From the IMG/VR virus record IMGVR_UViG_3300021376_000039, positions 7,627-71,626 of that record: a DNA stretch of 64,000 bases; one strand, written 5' to 3'. Of the stretch, positions 1-10,063 are shown piece after piece (positions within the stretch are counted from its first letter, which is position 1; each line of letters starts with the position of its first letter). The translations under genes were made by a program, and so were the position numbers. Source of the stretch: a virus. The notes beneath the pieces were generated by a model, which was given only the letters and a program-made list of their open reading frames with translations, did not search any database and was not told where the DNA came from.

Positions 1-1263
1 CAGTGTCTCTTTTGGTAAATCTTTTGTGTAAGGTCTTTCATATCCACTATATAAAAAGTTAATTCCTGAAATATTTGTGATACATTTATGTCCTCCTGAA
101 TTTGCCTCTAAAAAGTCATAACCATTTATTGTTTGTTTTTCTGCATTGTATGACGGCATTTTTCCATATAATGCCATCATGTCTCTTGATGTGAATCCTA
201 CCGATTCAGGTGTTGCCTCTCTTTCTGCTATTTTTTTAATTATTTTAAAATTAAGTATTTGTTTTTCAAGTTCCGGTTTAAAATCCAATAATACTTGATC
301 TTTAATTTCACCTAAATTTATTCCTTTTAACGCCCTTTCTTCTTTGAATGGGTTACAAGACGCCTGCACCATACCAACTTGTCCTCCAAGTCCTGTTACT
401 AAAAAGTCTGCTTCAGGATGAAGTTTAAATGGTACATACCTATCATAAGATCCTGCTTTCATACTACCAAGTCCAAATTGTGATATTACATTATCAGTTT
501 TTTGTATTGCCCCCTCTTTTGTTCTATCTTCTAAAAACTTTTCTTGGTTTTTAGTCATTGTTTCAATATCTGGGTAATTATAATCTTTTGCTAATTTTTT
601 AATGTTATTCAGTATACTTAATAATGATGGTTTTGAATCCATCACCAAAGTTTCCATAAATTTAGGTTTATTTTTATAAGCTAATAAAAGTTTATTAACA
701 ACTAAACCCATCAACATTTTATTTTTTTGTAGTGAACTATCTTTATCAAATTTATATAAAAAGTTCATTATCATTTCAGGTGTTATTTTGTTTACTGCAA
801 AGTTTGCCGAATCAACAGTAGATATTAACAATATATCATCTGACGAAAATATTTCTTTAGGAGAAATTACTTTTGATATTGTTTCGACGTTGGATCTTGC
901 ATGTCTAAAACTTGTTGCGGTATCATCCTCAACACCTGCTTGACTATCATGATGATCAGTGTGTATTACAAACATTGGTTTGCCGTGTGCAAAATCTACC
1001 AATACCGGCATCACATCACCCTCACCTTCAGGTTTCTTAATTGCAAACTCTTTTGTTCCGTATTGTATTATTTCACAATCAACAACTTTAATCCCGTTTT
1101 GTTCAAGATAGTGTTTCATTGCAATTGCAGTGGTTACACCATCTAAATCTTGGTGAAAGTATATTTTTGCCTTCTTATATCTTTTAGCTATCTGATTAAT
1201 ATCTCTAATCCCCGATTCTTTAATAAGTTGTTTTAATTGATTTTCAGTAATGATAATTTTCAT
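1..1263 (-). CDS. DHH-family phosphoesterase (3' end runs off window; not in supplied ORF track)
   Basis: Manual translation from ATG at 1263: MKIIITENQLKQLIKESG...YFHQDLDG...VLVDFAH...HTDHHD...SGGHK. These are the HxDxDG, D, DHH and GGH motifs of DHH/DHHA1 enzymes; frame is open to position 1. Confidence 0.8.
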   Translation of the reverse strand, partial: MKIIITENQLKQLIKESGIRDINQIAKRYKKAKIYFHQDLDGVTTAIAMKHYLEQNGIKVVDCEIIQYGTKEFAIKKPEGEGDVMPVLVDFAHGKPMFVIHTDHHDSQAGVEDDTATSFRHARSNVETISKVISPKEIFSSDDILLISTVDSANFAVNKITPEMIMNFLYKFDKDSSLQKNKMLMGLVVNKLLLAYKNKPKFMETLVMDSKPSLLSILNNIKKLAKDYNYPDIETMTKNQEKFLEDRTKEGAIQKTDNVISQFGLGSMKAGSYDRYVPFKLHPEADFLVTGLGGQVGMVQASCNPFKEERALKGINLGEIKDQVLLDFKPELEKQILNFKIIKKIAEREATPESVGFTSRDMMALYGKMPSYNAEKQTINGYDFLEANSGGHKCITNISGINFLYSGYERPYTKDLPKETL

Positions 1264-1300
1264 AATATATAAATATTTATAAAAATAAAAAATCCAAGAC

Positions 1301-2152
1301 TTAATCTTGGATTTCTTCTGAAACTGTTTTTAAGTTTTTAAAATATTCAATTCTTGTATTTGCTACTTCAGTATAATTTGGTGATAATTCGATACCTATC
1401 CATCTTCTACCTAAAATTTCAGCAGCAACTAAACTTGTTCCCGAACCAGCAAATGGATCTAAAACTACATCGTTTTTGTATGATAATATTTTAATCGCTT
1501 TGGTTGGGATGTCCATTGAGAACGTTGCCTTGGTGAGTGATTTAGTGTCTGCAAAGTAATTCCACTGACCAAATACAAGTTCCATAAACTCTTTCTTATC
1601 ATTTTCATCATAAACCACTTTTTTCTTAATAGATCCATCTTCTTGTTGTATTTCTGTTGGTGTTCCTTTCCACTGTGGTTCTCCTTTTATTTTTTTGATG
1701 TGGTGTTTTTTATATGCCAAAATAACACATTCTTTTGGGTTATATATGTATGGACTTGAGGGTGACATCCAAGAACCCCATGCGGTTGTCTTACTTCTAT
1801 GTGGTGATTGTTCTTCTAAATCAACAATACCAAAAAAACCAAAACCAATTTCTTTCATTAGTTGATACATCTCAGAAACAAAGAATATTCTACCACCTTT
1901 TTTTTGTCTATTAATCTCGTAAGGTATGTTAAGAGCAATTCTTCCGTCATCCTTCAAAACTCTATAAGTCTCACTCAACCATGATTTTGCAAACTCTACG
2001 TAGTCGTTGAACTCCATGTCATCCTCGTAAACATCATAATCCATCCCAACTCCATATGGTGGTGATGTAACAACCAAGTCTACAGATCCTTCAGGTAAGG
2101 TTTTCATCACCTCAACACAATCACCATTTATAATCTTTCCTGTTTCTATCAT
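1301..2152 (-). CDS. beta-class N4-cytosine/N6-adenine DNA methyltransferase
   Basis: TSPPY catalytic motif near the N-terminus and DPFAGSGT SAM-binding motif near the C-terminus. Confidence 0.92.
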   Translation of the reverse strand: MIETGKIINGDCVEVMKTLPEGSVDLVVTSPPYGVGMDYDVYEDDMEFNDYVEFAKSWLSETYRVLKDDGRIALNIPYEINRQKKGGRIFFVSEMYQLMKEIGFGFFGIVDLEEQSPHRSKTTAWGSWMSPSSPYIYNPKECVILAYKKHHIKKIKGEPQWKGTPTEIQQEDGSIKKKVVYDENDKKEFMELVFGQWNYFADTKSLTKATFSMDIPTKAIKILSYKNDVVLDPFAGSGTSLVAAEILGRRWIGIELSPNYTEVANTRIEYFKNLKTVSEEIQD

Positions 2153-2799
2153 TTTTCTAATTTAATTTTATTATCTAATAAGTTTTGGTTTATCAATAAC
2201 ATATCGGGACTAACTTTTATCATAAGAGCCGTGTTACTTTTAGATCTTTTTGAGTGAAGGTTTTCGAAAGTATCAATTTTGGATGCAAATCTTGTTATTA
2301 AATTATAAGAACCTTCATTCATTTTTTCAATGTCAATTTTACTAAACTGATTAATATAATCTAAATAAAATACTGGACTTTTTCTAATTAATGTACTATT
2401 CTTAAAAGAAATCCAATCATAGTCATAATCATTATTATCATATTGAGTACTTATAGATTTTTTAAGGGCACTTTCTAAATACTCAACGTTTTTAAAGTCA
2501 CACTGAAATTTAATTATGTAATTGTTATAATCTTCAGTAATAATAACATTAGTTATTCCCTCTTGTTCGGAAAGTGTTTTCTTAAAAAGAGATATTTTTT
2601 GTTTTATATCCGAAACCTTAGGTACTTTTTCACCATTTAAACTGTCTAAGGCTAATATTGACGATACTTTTGATTTACTTGAGCTTAGATTTATTGTATA
2701 TTTAAAAGTTCCTGATCCATCGGAATTTAATTTTAAATCTTCAATTATTTCAATACAAGATGTTAAAAAAAGTATTAATAAAAAACAAATATGTTTCAT
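2149..2799 (-). CDS. putative lipoprotein
   Basis: MKHICFLLILFLTS-C lipobox followed by a LNSDGSG motif; overlaps both neighbours by 4 nt. Confidence 0.65.
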   Translation of the reverse strand: MKHICFLLILFLTSCIEIIEDLKLNSDGSGTFKYTINLSSSKSKVSSILALDSLNGEKVPKVSDIKQKISLFKKTLSEQEGITNVIITEDYNNYIIKFQCDFKNVEYLESALKKSISTQYDNNDYDYDWISFKNSTLIRKSPVFYLDYINQFSKIDIEKMNEGSYNLITRFASKIDTFENLHSKRSKSNTALMIKVSPDMLLINQNLLDNKIKLEK

Positions 2800-3020
2800 T
2801 TTTTTTCAAGTGTATCTATATGGTGTTGTAAATACCATAATGCTTTCTTTAAATCCTCCAATTCTTTATCCTTATTCTTTTTCCCTGCTCTTGAGATATA
2901 CTTTACGGTATTCCCCAAACTGAATCCCAAGCCCCAAGCATCTATTACTTTAATGGCTTCATATGGGTTTGACTCACCTCCATAATGATTTGGGTGATTT
3001 ACTTGTTCTTTATTTTGCAT
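2796..3020 (-). CDS. DUF3310-like small phage protein
   Basis: VNHPNHY...GNTVKYISRAGKK...EDLKKALWYL signature. Confidence 0.85.
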   Translation of the reverse strand: MQNKEQVNHPNHYGGESNPYEAIKVIDAWGLGFSLGNTVKYISRAGKKNKDKELEDLKKALWYLQHHIDTLEKK

Positions 3021-4221
3021 TAATGTTAAATTTAATTTCTTCCACAGGTATATTACTTCCGTCCATTGTTTCAGAGTCCACTACGTATTCATCATCATTA
3101 CGATAAACTTCTAATAACTCATCTCTTGTTATTGTTTTATACTTACCATTTAAATCTTCTGTATTAACAATTTTAGTCATCATTATTTTTGTTTCATAAA
3201 TTTGTTTTGTAACATCAAGAGATTTAACTATCTCACCAATAATTTTATATGGATCCGCGTTTGAACCTGGTCGTCTGTCTTCAACATAACCTTTCCATTC
3301 TTTTGCAGTATCTTGTGGTACACGAATTGATGCTCCACGATCGGATACCCCCCAACTGAATTTATCTATTGATTGTGTTTCATATTCACCAGTAAGTCTT
3401 AAGTGGTTTTGTGAACCATACGCTTTGATATGTTGCTCATGTCTATATTCAAATGCGTTGAATAGTGCCATAAAATATTCTTCATTTCCTTCATTTCTCA
3501 TCAAGTTAGTTGAAAAGTTTGTATGAAGACCTGAACCGTTCCATTCACCATGTGATAATGGTTTTGGGTGTAATTCTATGTGGTATCCGTATTTTTCTGA
3601 AATTTTATATAGAAAGTATCTCGTCATCCAAAGATCATCACCCCCTTTTTCTTTTCCTTGAGAAAATACTTGGTATTCCCATTGTCCTAAAGCCACTTCG
3701 GCGTTTGTTCCTGTGATGTCGACCCCATAGTCTAAACACATATCTAAATGTTCCTCCACAAAATTTCTTCCCACAACATTATGCCCAACACCACAATAAT
3801 ATTCACCCTGTCCTTTGAGAATATTTCTTTTATGACCTAAAATGTTTCCGTTAATTTCTTCACGAATAAAATATTCTTGTTCAAACCCAAACCACAAGTC
3901 TTCATAACCTTCAGTAATTTGTGATCTTTTGTTTGATTCATGTGGTAACCCATCAGGGTTTAATACCTCACATAAAACATATACTGTGTTGTTCTCTAAA
4001 GGGAATTTTTTTGATGTGTAATATCTTACGGGGTTTAATAATCTATCTGAATTTCCGGTTTTGGCTTGAAGGGTTGACGAACCATCAAAGTTCCATACCG
4101 GGAAGTTTCCGTCTAAAAATGCGTTTTTAAATTTATCATATTCTACTATTTTAACTTTACTCCTAAGATTGGGTTCCGGTTTATACCCATCTAACCATAC
4201 GTATTCTAATTTAATCTTCAT
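3010..4221 (-). CDS. glnA: glutamine synthetase, type II
   Basis: EYVWLDG, WNFDGSST, GFEQEY, NAEVALGQWEYQ, HPKP...WNGSGLHTNFS, HLRLTGEYET, RGASIRVP and EDRRPGSNADPY motifs. Confidence 0.93.
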   Translation of the reverse strand: MKIKLEYVWLDGYKPEPNLRSKVKIVEYDKFKNAFLDGNFPVWNFDGSSTLQAKTGNSDRLLNPVRYYTSKKFPLENNTVYVLCEVLNPDGLPHESNKRSQITEGYEDLWFGFEQEYFIREEINGNILGHKRNILKGQGEYYCGVGHNVVGRNFVEEHLDMCLDYGVDITGTNAEVALGQWEYQVFSQGKEKGGDDLWMTRYFLYKISEKYGYHIELHPKPLSHGEWNGSGLHTNFSTNLMRNEGNEEYFMALFNAFEYRHEQHIKAYGSQNHLRLTGEYETQSIDKFSWGVSDRGASIRVPQDTAKEWKGYVEDRRPGSNADPYKIIGEIVKSLDVTKQIYETKIMMTKIVNTEDLNGKYKTITRDELLEVYRNDDEYVVDSETMDGSNIPVEEIKFNINAK

Positions 4222-4399
4222 TATTATTATTTATGTAGTTTATTATTTCTTCTTTTGATTTTCCTTGATTGAATAATCTATAAACTTCTCTTGAGAATTC
4301 GTCGGTAGTAAATACCGCATCAACATCAAGATACTCCATTATCCTATCTAAATTTTGGATTATATGTTTTTTACTTAGAAATCTCTTGTTAAAACCCAT
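4211..4399 (-). CDS. hypothetical protein (MGFNKR...)
   Basis: 62-aa ORF tightly packed in the minus-strand operon. Confidence 0.6.
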   Translation of the reverse strand: MGFNKRFLSKKHIIQNLDRIMEYLDVDAVFTTDEFSREVYRLFNQGKSKEEIINYINNNNED

Positions 4400-4511
4400 T
4401 TTTTTGTTCTTTGATTTCTCTTATCATTTTTCTAATTTTTTTACCCAATTCCATGTCATTAGGGGTTTCTTTTACTAATTGCTCTAAAAAATCTTGATTA
4501 ATAGTCTCCAT
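4389..4511 (-). CDS. small hypothetical protein, 40 aa (not in ORF track)
   Basis: Manual translation METINQDFLEQLVKETPNDMELGKKIRKMIREIKEQKNGF*; fills the gap between neighbours. Confidence 0.55.
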   Translation of the reverse strand: METINQDFLEQLVKETPNDMELGKKIRKMIREIKEQKNGF

Positions 4512-4537
4512 ACTTTTTTTATTTAAAAAATATTAAA

Positions 4538-5287
4538 TTATATCTTACTTGTCAAATTCTTATGTCTAATAATTTTTGACTGTATCATGTAACTCATTAT
4601 TTTTCTCTTAGCAATGGGTAAAAGAGTCTCTTTTAATGGGTAATTATTACTATGATTAATTGTGAAAACTATTAATTTGCTGTGAACATCTTCATCTTGT
4701 AAATTTTTAATTAATGGTTTTTTTACCTCCTTTAATTTTTCATCAAAATCTCCTTTTGAACATTCACATATTTTTTTTATTTGACATTTAGTTTCAAGTG
4801 ACCCCTTTTTAATCGGCTTAATAATAAATTCATATAGTAAGGTTTTTTCTCCGTGTTCCAAAAAAAATAACCCTTGTTTAGGTTCTATATTTTTTGGGTT
4901 TTGTACAACGCTAACTGAAACAGTATCGTTTACAATGTCCCATATTGCTTTAGCATGATTAAAATAATCTTTTAGTCTATCTGTTGCGTATGTACAAATG
5001 TGGTATACTTCCAATATTTCTTCTTTAGTTAATAAAGGACAATCGACAGAAACTATATCTGAAATTAATATTTCATCGTCAGGATCCTTTAATTGTTTAT
5101 TTAAAATAAGATATTGTCCTTTTTCTATTAAAAGATTAATACTTGCAAGATGTAAAGATATTTCTTGAAACTGTGGATACAATTTCAAATTATTTAAATT
5201 TTTGTCTAATTTTTGTAGATAATCTAAAAGAACATATTGTTTATGTTCCAAATCAATGGGTTCTTGAAATAACCAGTCAGTTTTCAT
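4538..5287 (-). CDS. hypothetical protein
   Basis: 249-aa ORF; N-terminal W..PIDLEHKQYVLLDYL..LYP..H segment recalls a Bacteroidota hypothetical family (from memory, unverified). Confidence 0.7.
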   Translation of the reverse strand: MKTDWLFQEPIDLEHKQYVLLDYLQKLDKNLNNLKLYPQFQEISLHLASINLLIEKGQYLILNKQLKDPDDEILISDIVSVDCPLLTKEEILEVYHICTYATDRLKDYFNHAKAIWDIVNDTVSVSVVQNPKNIEPKQGLFFLEHGEKTLLYEFIIKPIKKGSLETKCQIKKICECSKGDFDEKLKEVKKPLIKNLQDEDVHSKLIVFTINHSNNYPLKETLLPIAKRKIMSYMIQSKIIRHKNLTSKI

Positions 5288-5339
5288 TAAATTCTTTTGA
5301 TTAAAAAATAGTGAATTTTAAATAACTGTAAATGAATTA

Positions 5340-6548
5340 TTAATTATATCTCATAACGTGATACCAAGTATCGTTTACCTTATATTCGTTATCGGTTCCA
5401 TCATAACCATTTAAAACATTACCATAACCGTCTGAATTTATTATATCCTCAATAACACCATCAATATCAACAAATTCTAAAATATAGTCATGTGAAAACC
5501 CTCTATCTTTTAGGTAAGAAACAAAGTTATCGGCATATTCATTAACATAACCTTCAATTGCTTCTTCAATTGATTCTTCGTTGTAATCACCCTCAGGATT
5601 TTCTCTTATTTCTTCTATAATATTTTCAATATTTGTTATTTCGTCTTCAATTTCTTCTGTTTGTTCTTCAGTTAAGTCTTCATTTTCTAACCTATTATTT
5701 AATCTACCGATTTTTTCTTCATATATTTCAACATATCTTTCTTGTTGTGCTGAAAGTTCTTTTTCCACACCATAATCCTCTGGACTATCTCTAACTACAT
5801 CTTCGTAATTGTTATATAAAAAATCCCTAACTTCGTCTTGATCTAAATTATTTTCCCAAACCCACTCTCTAAATGACTCATATCCCGAATCATCTATTAA
5901 ATTTTTTAAACTTTCAGCAGCTGCGTTATGAATCATATCATCTCTATAAACAACATATTCACTTTCAAATTGATTTTTACCCAACCAAGTATATACACTA
6001 GCCTTTCCATAGTGTCTATAATTTTCTTTATATAAAAAATATTTATCCTCGAATCTTACAAATTCGTCGGTTTCATCGTCTTCTAAATCAGTTGGAACCC
6101 CAATTTCAAGAAGATATTCATATATAGCGTCAGTTTCGTTAGACTCTTCATCATCTACATCCCACGCCCCTTCCTGTCTTAATTCGTTTTGGTGTTGTAT
6201 TTTTTGTTGTAGTATCTTTTGTCTTTCAATCTGATACATTTTAGATCCATAATTTCTAAAATTTCCTCTTACTTTTGACTTATCAAAGTTACTGATATTT
6301 GATGATTCAATGTTTAAATCTCCCTGTATTAAATCAATACTGTCAATGTTACTTACCCAATCGGCCCTATATAAATCTAAATTACCGACTATTCTAATAT
6401 TTTTCCCTCTGTAGTCAGGTAAACGTTTTATTAACGACCCATCACCATTTACATATTTAAGTAAATCAATATAATCCTCAGATGTGATATCCACCCATTC
6501 TTCGGATTGTTCTTTTAATATTTTCTTTATGATATTTTCTACAAACAT
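5340..6548 (-). CDS. highly acidic protein with short GxLxL beta-repeat; putative internal head protein
   Basis: N-terminal IIKKILKE, GNLDL/GDLNI repeats, D/E-rich C-terminal two-thirds; TATTTATA just upstream. Confidence 0.65.
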   Translation of the reverse strand: MFVENIIKKILKEQSEEWVDITSEDYIDLLKYVNGDGSLIKRLPDYRGKNIRIVGNLDLYRADWVSNIDSIDLIQGDLNIESSNISNFDKSKVRGNFRNYGSKMYQIERQKILQQKIQHQNELRQEGAWDVDDEESNETDAIYEYLLEIGVPTDLEDDETDEFVRFEDKYFLYKENYRHYGKASVYTWLGKNQFESEYVVYRDDMIHNAAAESLKNLIDDSGYESFREWVWENNLDQDEVRDFLYNNYEDVVRDSPEDYGVEKELSAQQERYVEIYEEKIGRLNNRLENEDLTEEQTEEIEDEITNIENIIEEIRENPEGDYNEESIEEAIEGYVNEYADNFVSYLKDRGFSHDYILEFVDIDGVIEDIINSDGYGNVLNGYDGTDNEYKVNDTWYHVMRYN

Positions 6549-6635
6549 ATAATATAAATACTTTCTATTTACAAATGATTATTTTATAATTATCAAATAT
6601 TTATATAGAACATAAACCTATTAAAAATTTAAGCC

Positions 6636-6788
6636 ATGGGATGCGGATGTAAAAACAAAAACACAGCACAACAACAACCAGCACAAAACGTTAATACTAC
6701 TGTTGTAAACACACAACAACAGCAGAATAACGAGTCTGTTAAAAGTTCAATCCAAAAAATTGTAGAAAAATATTACAATAAAAAATAA
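6636..6788 (+). CDS. small MGCGCK-start protein, 50 aa (not in ORF track)
   Basis: Manual translation MGCGCKNKNTAQQQPAQNVNTTVVNTQQQQNNESVKSSIQKIVEKYYNKK*; TATTTATA at 6598-6605 upstream. Confidence 0.6.
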   Translation: MGCGCKNKNTAQQQPAQNVNTTVVNTQQQQNNESVKSSIQKIVEKYYNKK

Positions 6789-6853
6789 CAACTGTTTAGT
6801 GTATAATTTTTTTTATTTAAGATTGTTTTAAAATAAACAAATAAATAAAAATT

Positions 6854-7741
6854 ATGAGTACAATAAATGTTTACAATTTTTTAGATGGTACAAACCTATG
6901 TAATATTTTTGCAAATTTAATAGTATTGAAAATAAAAGAATCTTTTCCTGACGCAAAAACTGATATATCAGTAATAAACGTCAGGAATTTTTTTGTTATT
7001 AAGGGTTATACAACATCTGAAACTATCATCAATGTTGCGGAGTTATTTCAAGACTTTTTAAATAATTACAACGAAGAATTATCCAAAAAAATTAGAGTTT
7101 TTGATATGATTGTTTACGGTAAAGAATTTGAATATTTACCATTAAACATTTCACACAAAGAAAACAAAAAAGAATCTGAAAAAATATCTCAGATACAAAA
7201 ATTAATAAATGATTACGCAAAAAATAAAATTTACTTTAATATTAAACTTGATGAGGTTTCAAAAATAATATTTTTTGATTGTTTAGATAATCAATATAGT
7301 GATGTTAAAAACATATTAGAAAAGGATTTCAAAGGGTATGAATTATTTAAACATGATTTTTCAAATGAAACTTATTATTCAGAAAAAATTTACGGACAAA
7401 CTATGCATAATGAAAAACCTTATTTATTATTACTAAAATTCATAACCGATCACCTATTCAAACTTGGTATAAGTAAATCAGTTGATGTTTCGATAACAAG
7501 TACTATCCGTACAAAAGATTTAACAAATGAAAATATTAATTTAGTTTTATCTAATGATAATCACATAGTTAAAACTAAATGGTTAGAGTCCCTTATTATG
7601 GATGTGTTTCCTTTTCAGGTTGACTATCTTTCTGAAAAATTTTCGGACTGTGAGGACTTAACTAATTTAATTATTGATTCTAACTTTGAATCTTATTCAC
7701 TATCTGATTTATCTGTTAGACATGAAATGTTATTAATCTAA
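6854..7741 (+). CDS. degenerate S-adenosylmethionine synthetase (MetK)-like protein
   Basis: N-terminal LCNIFANLIV..IKESFPDAKT.I......FFVIKGYTTS matches the spacing of MetK ICDQISDAIL..DP.ARVA.E......V.V.GEITTS; the catalytic GHPDK is missing. Confidence 0.45.
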   Translation: MSTINVYNFLDGTNLCNIFANLIVLKIKESFPDAKTDISVINVRNFFVIKGYTTSETIINVAELFQDFLNNYNEELSKKIRVFDMIVYGKEFEYLPLNISHKENKKESEKISQIQKLINDYAKNKIYFNIKLDEVSKIIFFDCLDNQYSDVKNILEKDFKGYELFKHDFSNETYYSEKIYGQTMHNEKPYLLLLKFITDHLFKLGISKSVDVSITSTIRTKDLTNENINLVLSNDNHIVKTKWLESLIMDVFPFQVDYLSEKFSDCEDLTNLIIDSNFESYSLSDLSVRHEMLLI

Positions 7742-8020
7742 CATATAGTTTTTAACCATTTTAACGCCCTCGTGGATATCTTCATAATCTCTATCGGGGG
7801 CTAATAATTTTACATTAAATGGTTCATCGTTTTCATCTAAAGTAAGTAACATTAACGATGGTACATATTCATTATTTGTAACTTTAACAAACTCATCATA
7901 CTCTTCCTCAAATTCTTCAATATCCCTTTCAATAAATAAAATATTATTTTTTGTAAACTCTTCTTTTATTTGTGTACAAAATGGGCAACCTTTCATTGTA
8001 TAAACTACTGTAACTTTCAT
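7733..8020 (-). CDS. glutaredoxin/NrdH-like redoxin
   Basis: VYTMKGCPFC active site and YVP cis-proline motif. Confidence 0.85.
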   Translation of the reverse strand: MKVTVVYTMKGCPFCTQIKEEFTKNNILFIERDIEEFEEEYDEFVKVTNNEYVPSLMLLTLDENDEPFNVKLLAPDRDYEDIHEGVKMVKNYMLD

Positions 8021-8022
8021 AA

Positions 8023-8397
8023 TTAATTAAATGTGTAATATTTTTTTAATCCGGTAATTAGAAGACTATATGTTTGATCTTCAACACCTTCGTTTAATAT
8101 AAATATTTTATATACGTTTTCATCTTTATTTCTTAAATAGTAAATCATTAATTTACCGTATTCAATAACACCTTCAAGCTCAATAATTAAATCTAATAAG
8201 TTTATTTTATCAAACCATAATCTTTTATTTTTTTCAAATAAAGTTTTTAAACCTTCATATGTTATATTTCTAGTTCTTGTAATACTTGGATAATTACTAT
8301 ATTTTTTAATATATAAATCAATAACATTATCCGGTAATGTTTTTTCTCTAATATCGTCCATTTTAAGGTAATTCATCATAGAAATCATAACCAGCAA
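8023..8397 (-). CDS. hypothetical protein (start probably downstream of the first Met)
   Basis: ORF in operon between PcfJ-like gene and glutaredoxin. Confidence 0.55.
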   Translation of the reverse strand: MLVMISMMNYLKMDDIREKTLPDNVIDLYIKKYSNYPSITRTRNITYEGLKTLFEKNKRLWFDKINLLDLIIELEGVIEYGKLMIYYLRNKDENVYKIFILNEGVEDQTYSLLITGLKKYYTFN

Positions 8398-10042
8398 TAT
8401 GATCTAGTAAATAGTTATTACTGTTTTCATCTTCATTCTCCCAAATAGGTATTAATTGTTTTACTTTATCAAAATCTTCAAATTTAGCAACTTTAGTTAT
8501 AGATTTACCATTACGACAATGTTTAGTCATTATTGGTAATTTTATCATATCTTTACTATAGAGATAGTTAGCAAAATCACTCAACTCATTAACTGGTGTT
8601 GTCCATTCAGGTGTAAGACTTTTATTAAATCTACCTAATTTTTGAACTATTACTAATTGATTTCTTCTAAATTGAAACTCTATAGTTGCTCTTTCATGTC
8701 CATTTTTTTCACCTTTTCTTAAAGAAACAATAAAACAATGTGCTTTTTCACTATACGTTCTAACACAATTGCTTTGGTGGGATGATTCAAGTTCGTATTC
8801 ACCTGTTTTTGTAAGTAATACAGGATAGTAAGTTTCCTCATTATAATTAATTGGTTTTTCAATTAGATAAGCATCCTCACCATAGTATCTGTTAACATCA
8901 CCAGTTTTATAGGATTGTAATAATGACGACCATTCACTATGTTCCGTAACGTATTCATCATACGTTTTTGCCTTTATTTTAACATGTTCTCCATATTTTT
9001 TTAATTGTTGTTTAAATGTTACATGATCACTTAAAGAATTTAAAACTTCTGAAGCATTTGTTGTGTTTATAATTTTTATAATATTTTGTTTTTCTAAGTT
9101 AGATAAATTATCATATTTGTTATGATAATCAAAATACCCATTAACATAGATTGATTGTTTTGAATTTGTTAATAACGCGCTATCTTTTATCTTATTGAAT
9201 AAATCAATACCAAAAATTCTGTATAACTTTAAAATTACGTCAATATCTATATTTTCATACATATTTAAAAGATTTCTAATTTTAGTTCCTTTTAAATCAT
9301 GTTTTTTCATAAACCAAGTAACCAAATTATTGTCAATCTTTTGGATTTCTTTTTTTGGTGTATAGTAAGATACAAACTTTTCAAATGCATTAGGGTATTT
9401 AATTTCTGATATTTTTAGAATAACTTCATAATATTTTTTTCTTATATTATAATTTTCTGTTTTAACATCAATATTTAACCTATCAATAATATTATTTAAA
9501 AAAATACTTAGACAATTAATTGTTCTTTTATTTTGTTCAGATTCGATAGTTTCATCAATAAAACTTATTTTTCTAACAACATCCATGTTATTAATATCTG
9601 TCTTATTAATTGACATTTTTGCCCCAATTGTTTTTTTTCTTTTGAGGTTAAGTGTTCCTGAATAAAATAATTTTCGTTTAAAATTAAAAGTAAGATAGTC
9701 GATAGTTCTTCTTACTTTAAAGTATTTTTTACCTTCTTCTCTTGATGAACTATATGTATAAAGTTTTAAAGCAATTTTGTTTTCATTTTCTTCAATTACT
9801 AAGGTTTTCCTTATCATTCTTGGTGCTGCGAAGGGATTGCCGTAGTTTTTTAAAAAAGATTCTTCACCGGTTTCGGTGGTTTTATAATTAAAAATACCTT
9901 GTTTAGGCACAAACCTTAGTTTTGATAGATCTCCAAAAATATCAGATTCATCATCTTTTTTTGATATTTCGTTGAAGTTTTGATAAATAGATGTTTCGTA
10001 CCTTTTGTATTCTTCCTTAAAAAGGACAGTCATATCTGACAT
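8363..10042 (-). CDS. PcfJ-like domain protein
   Basis: C-terminal LELESSHQSNCVRTY...IVSLRK...RATIE...VQKLGRFN pattern. Confidence 0.7.
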   Translation of the reverse strand: MSDMTVLFKEEYKRYETSIYQNFNEISKKDDESDIFGDLSKLRFVPKQGIFNYKTTETGEESFLKNYGNPFAAPRMIRKTLVIEENENKIALKLYTYSSSREEGKKYFKVRRTIDYLTFNFKRKLFYSGTLNLKRKKTIGAKMSINKTDINNMDVVRKISFIDETIESEQNKRTINCLSIFLNNIIDRLNIDVKTENYNIRKKYYEVILKISEIKYPNAFEKFVSYYTPKKEIQKIDNNLVTWFMKKHDLKGTKIRNLLNMYENIDIDVILKLYRIFGIDLFNKIKDSALLTNSKQSIYVNGYFDYHNKYDNLSNLEKQNIIKIINTTNASEVLNSLSDHVTFKQQLKKYGEHVKIKAKTYDEYVTEHSEWSSLLQSYKTGDVNRYYGEDAYLIEKPINYNEETYYPVLLTKTGEYELESSHQSNCVRTYSEKAHCFIVSLRKGEKNGHERATIEFQFRRNQLVIVQKLGRFNKSLTPEWTTPVNELSDFANYLYSKDMIKLPIMTKHCRNGKSITKVAKFEDFDKVKQLIPIWENEDENSNNYLLDHIAGYDFYDELP

Positions 10043-10063
10043 AAAATATTTTATTAAATGTTA

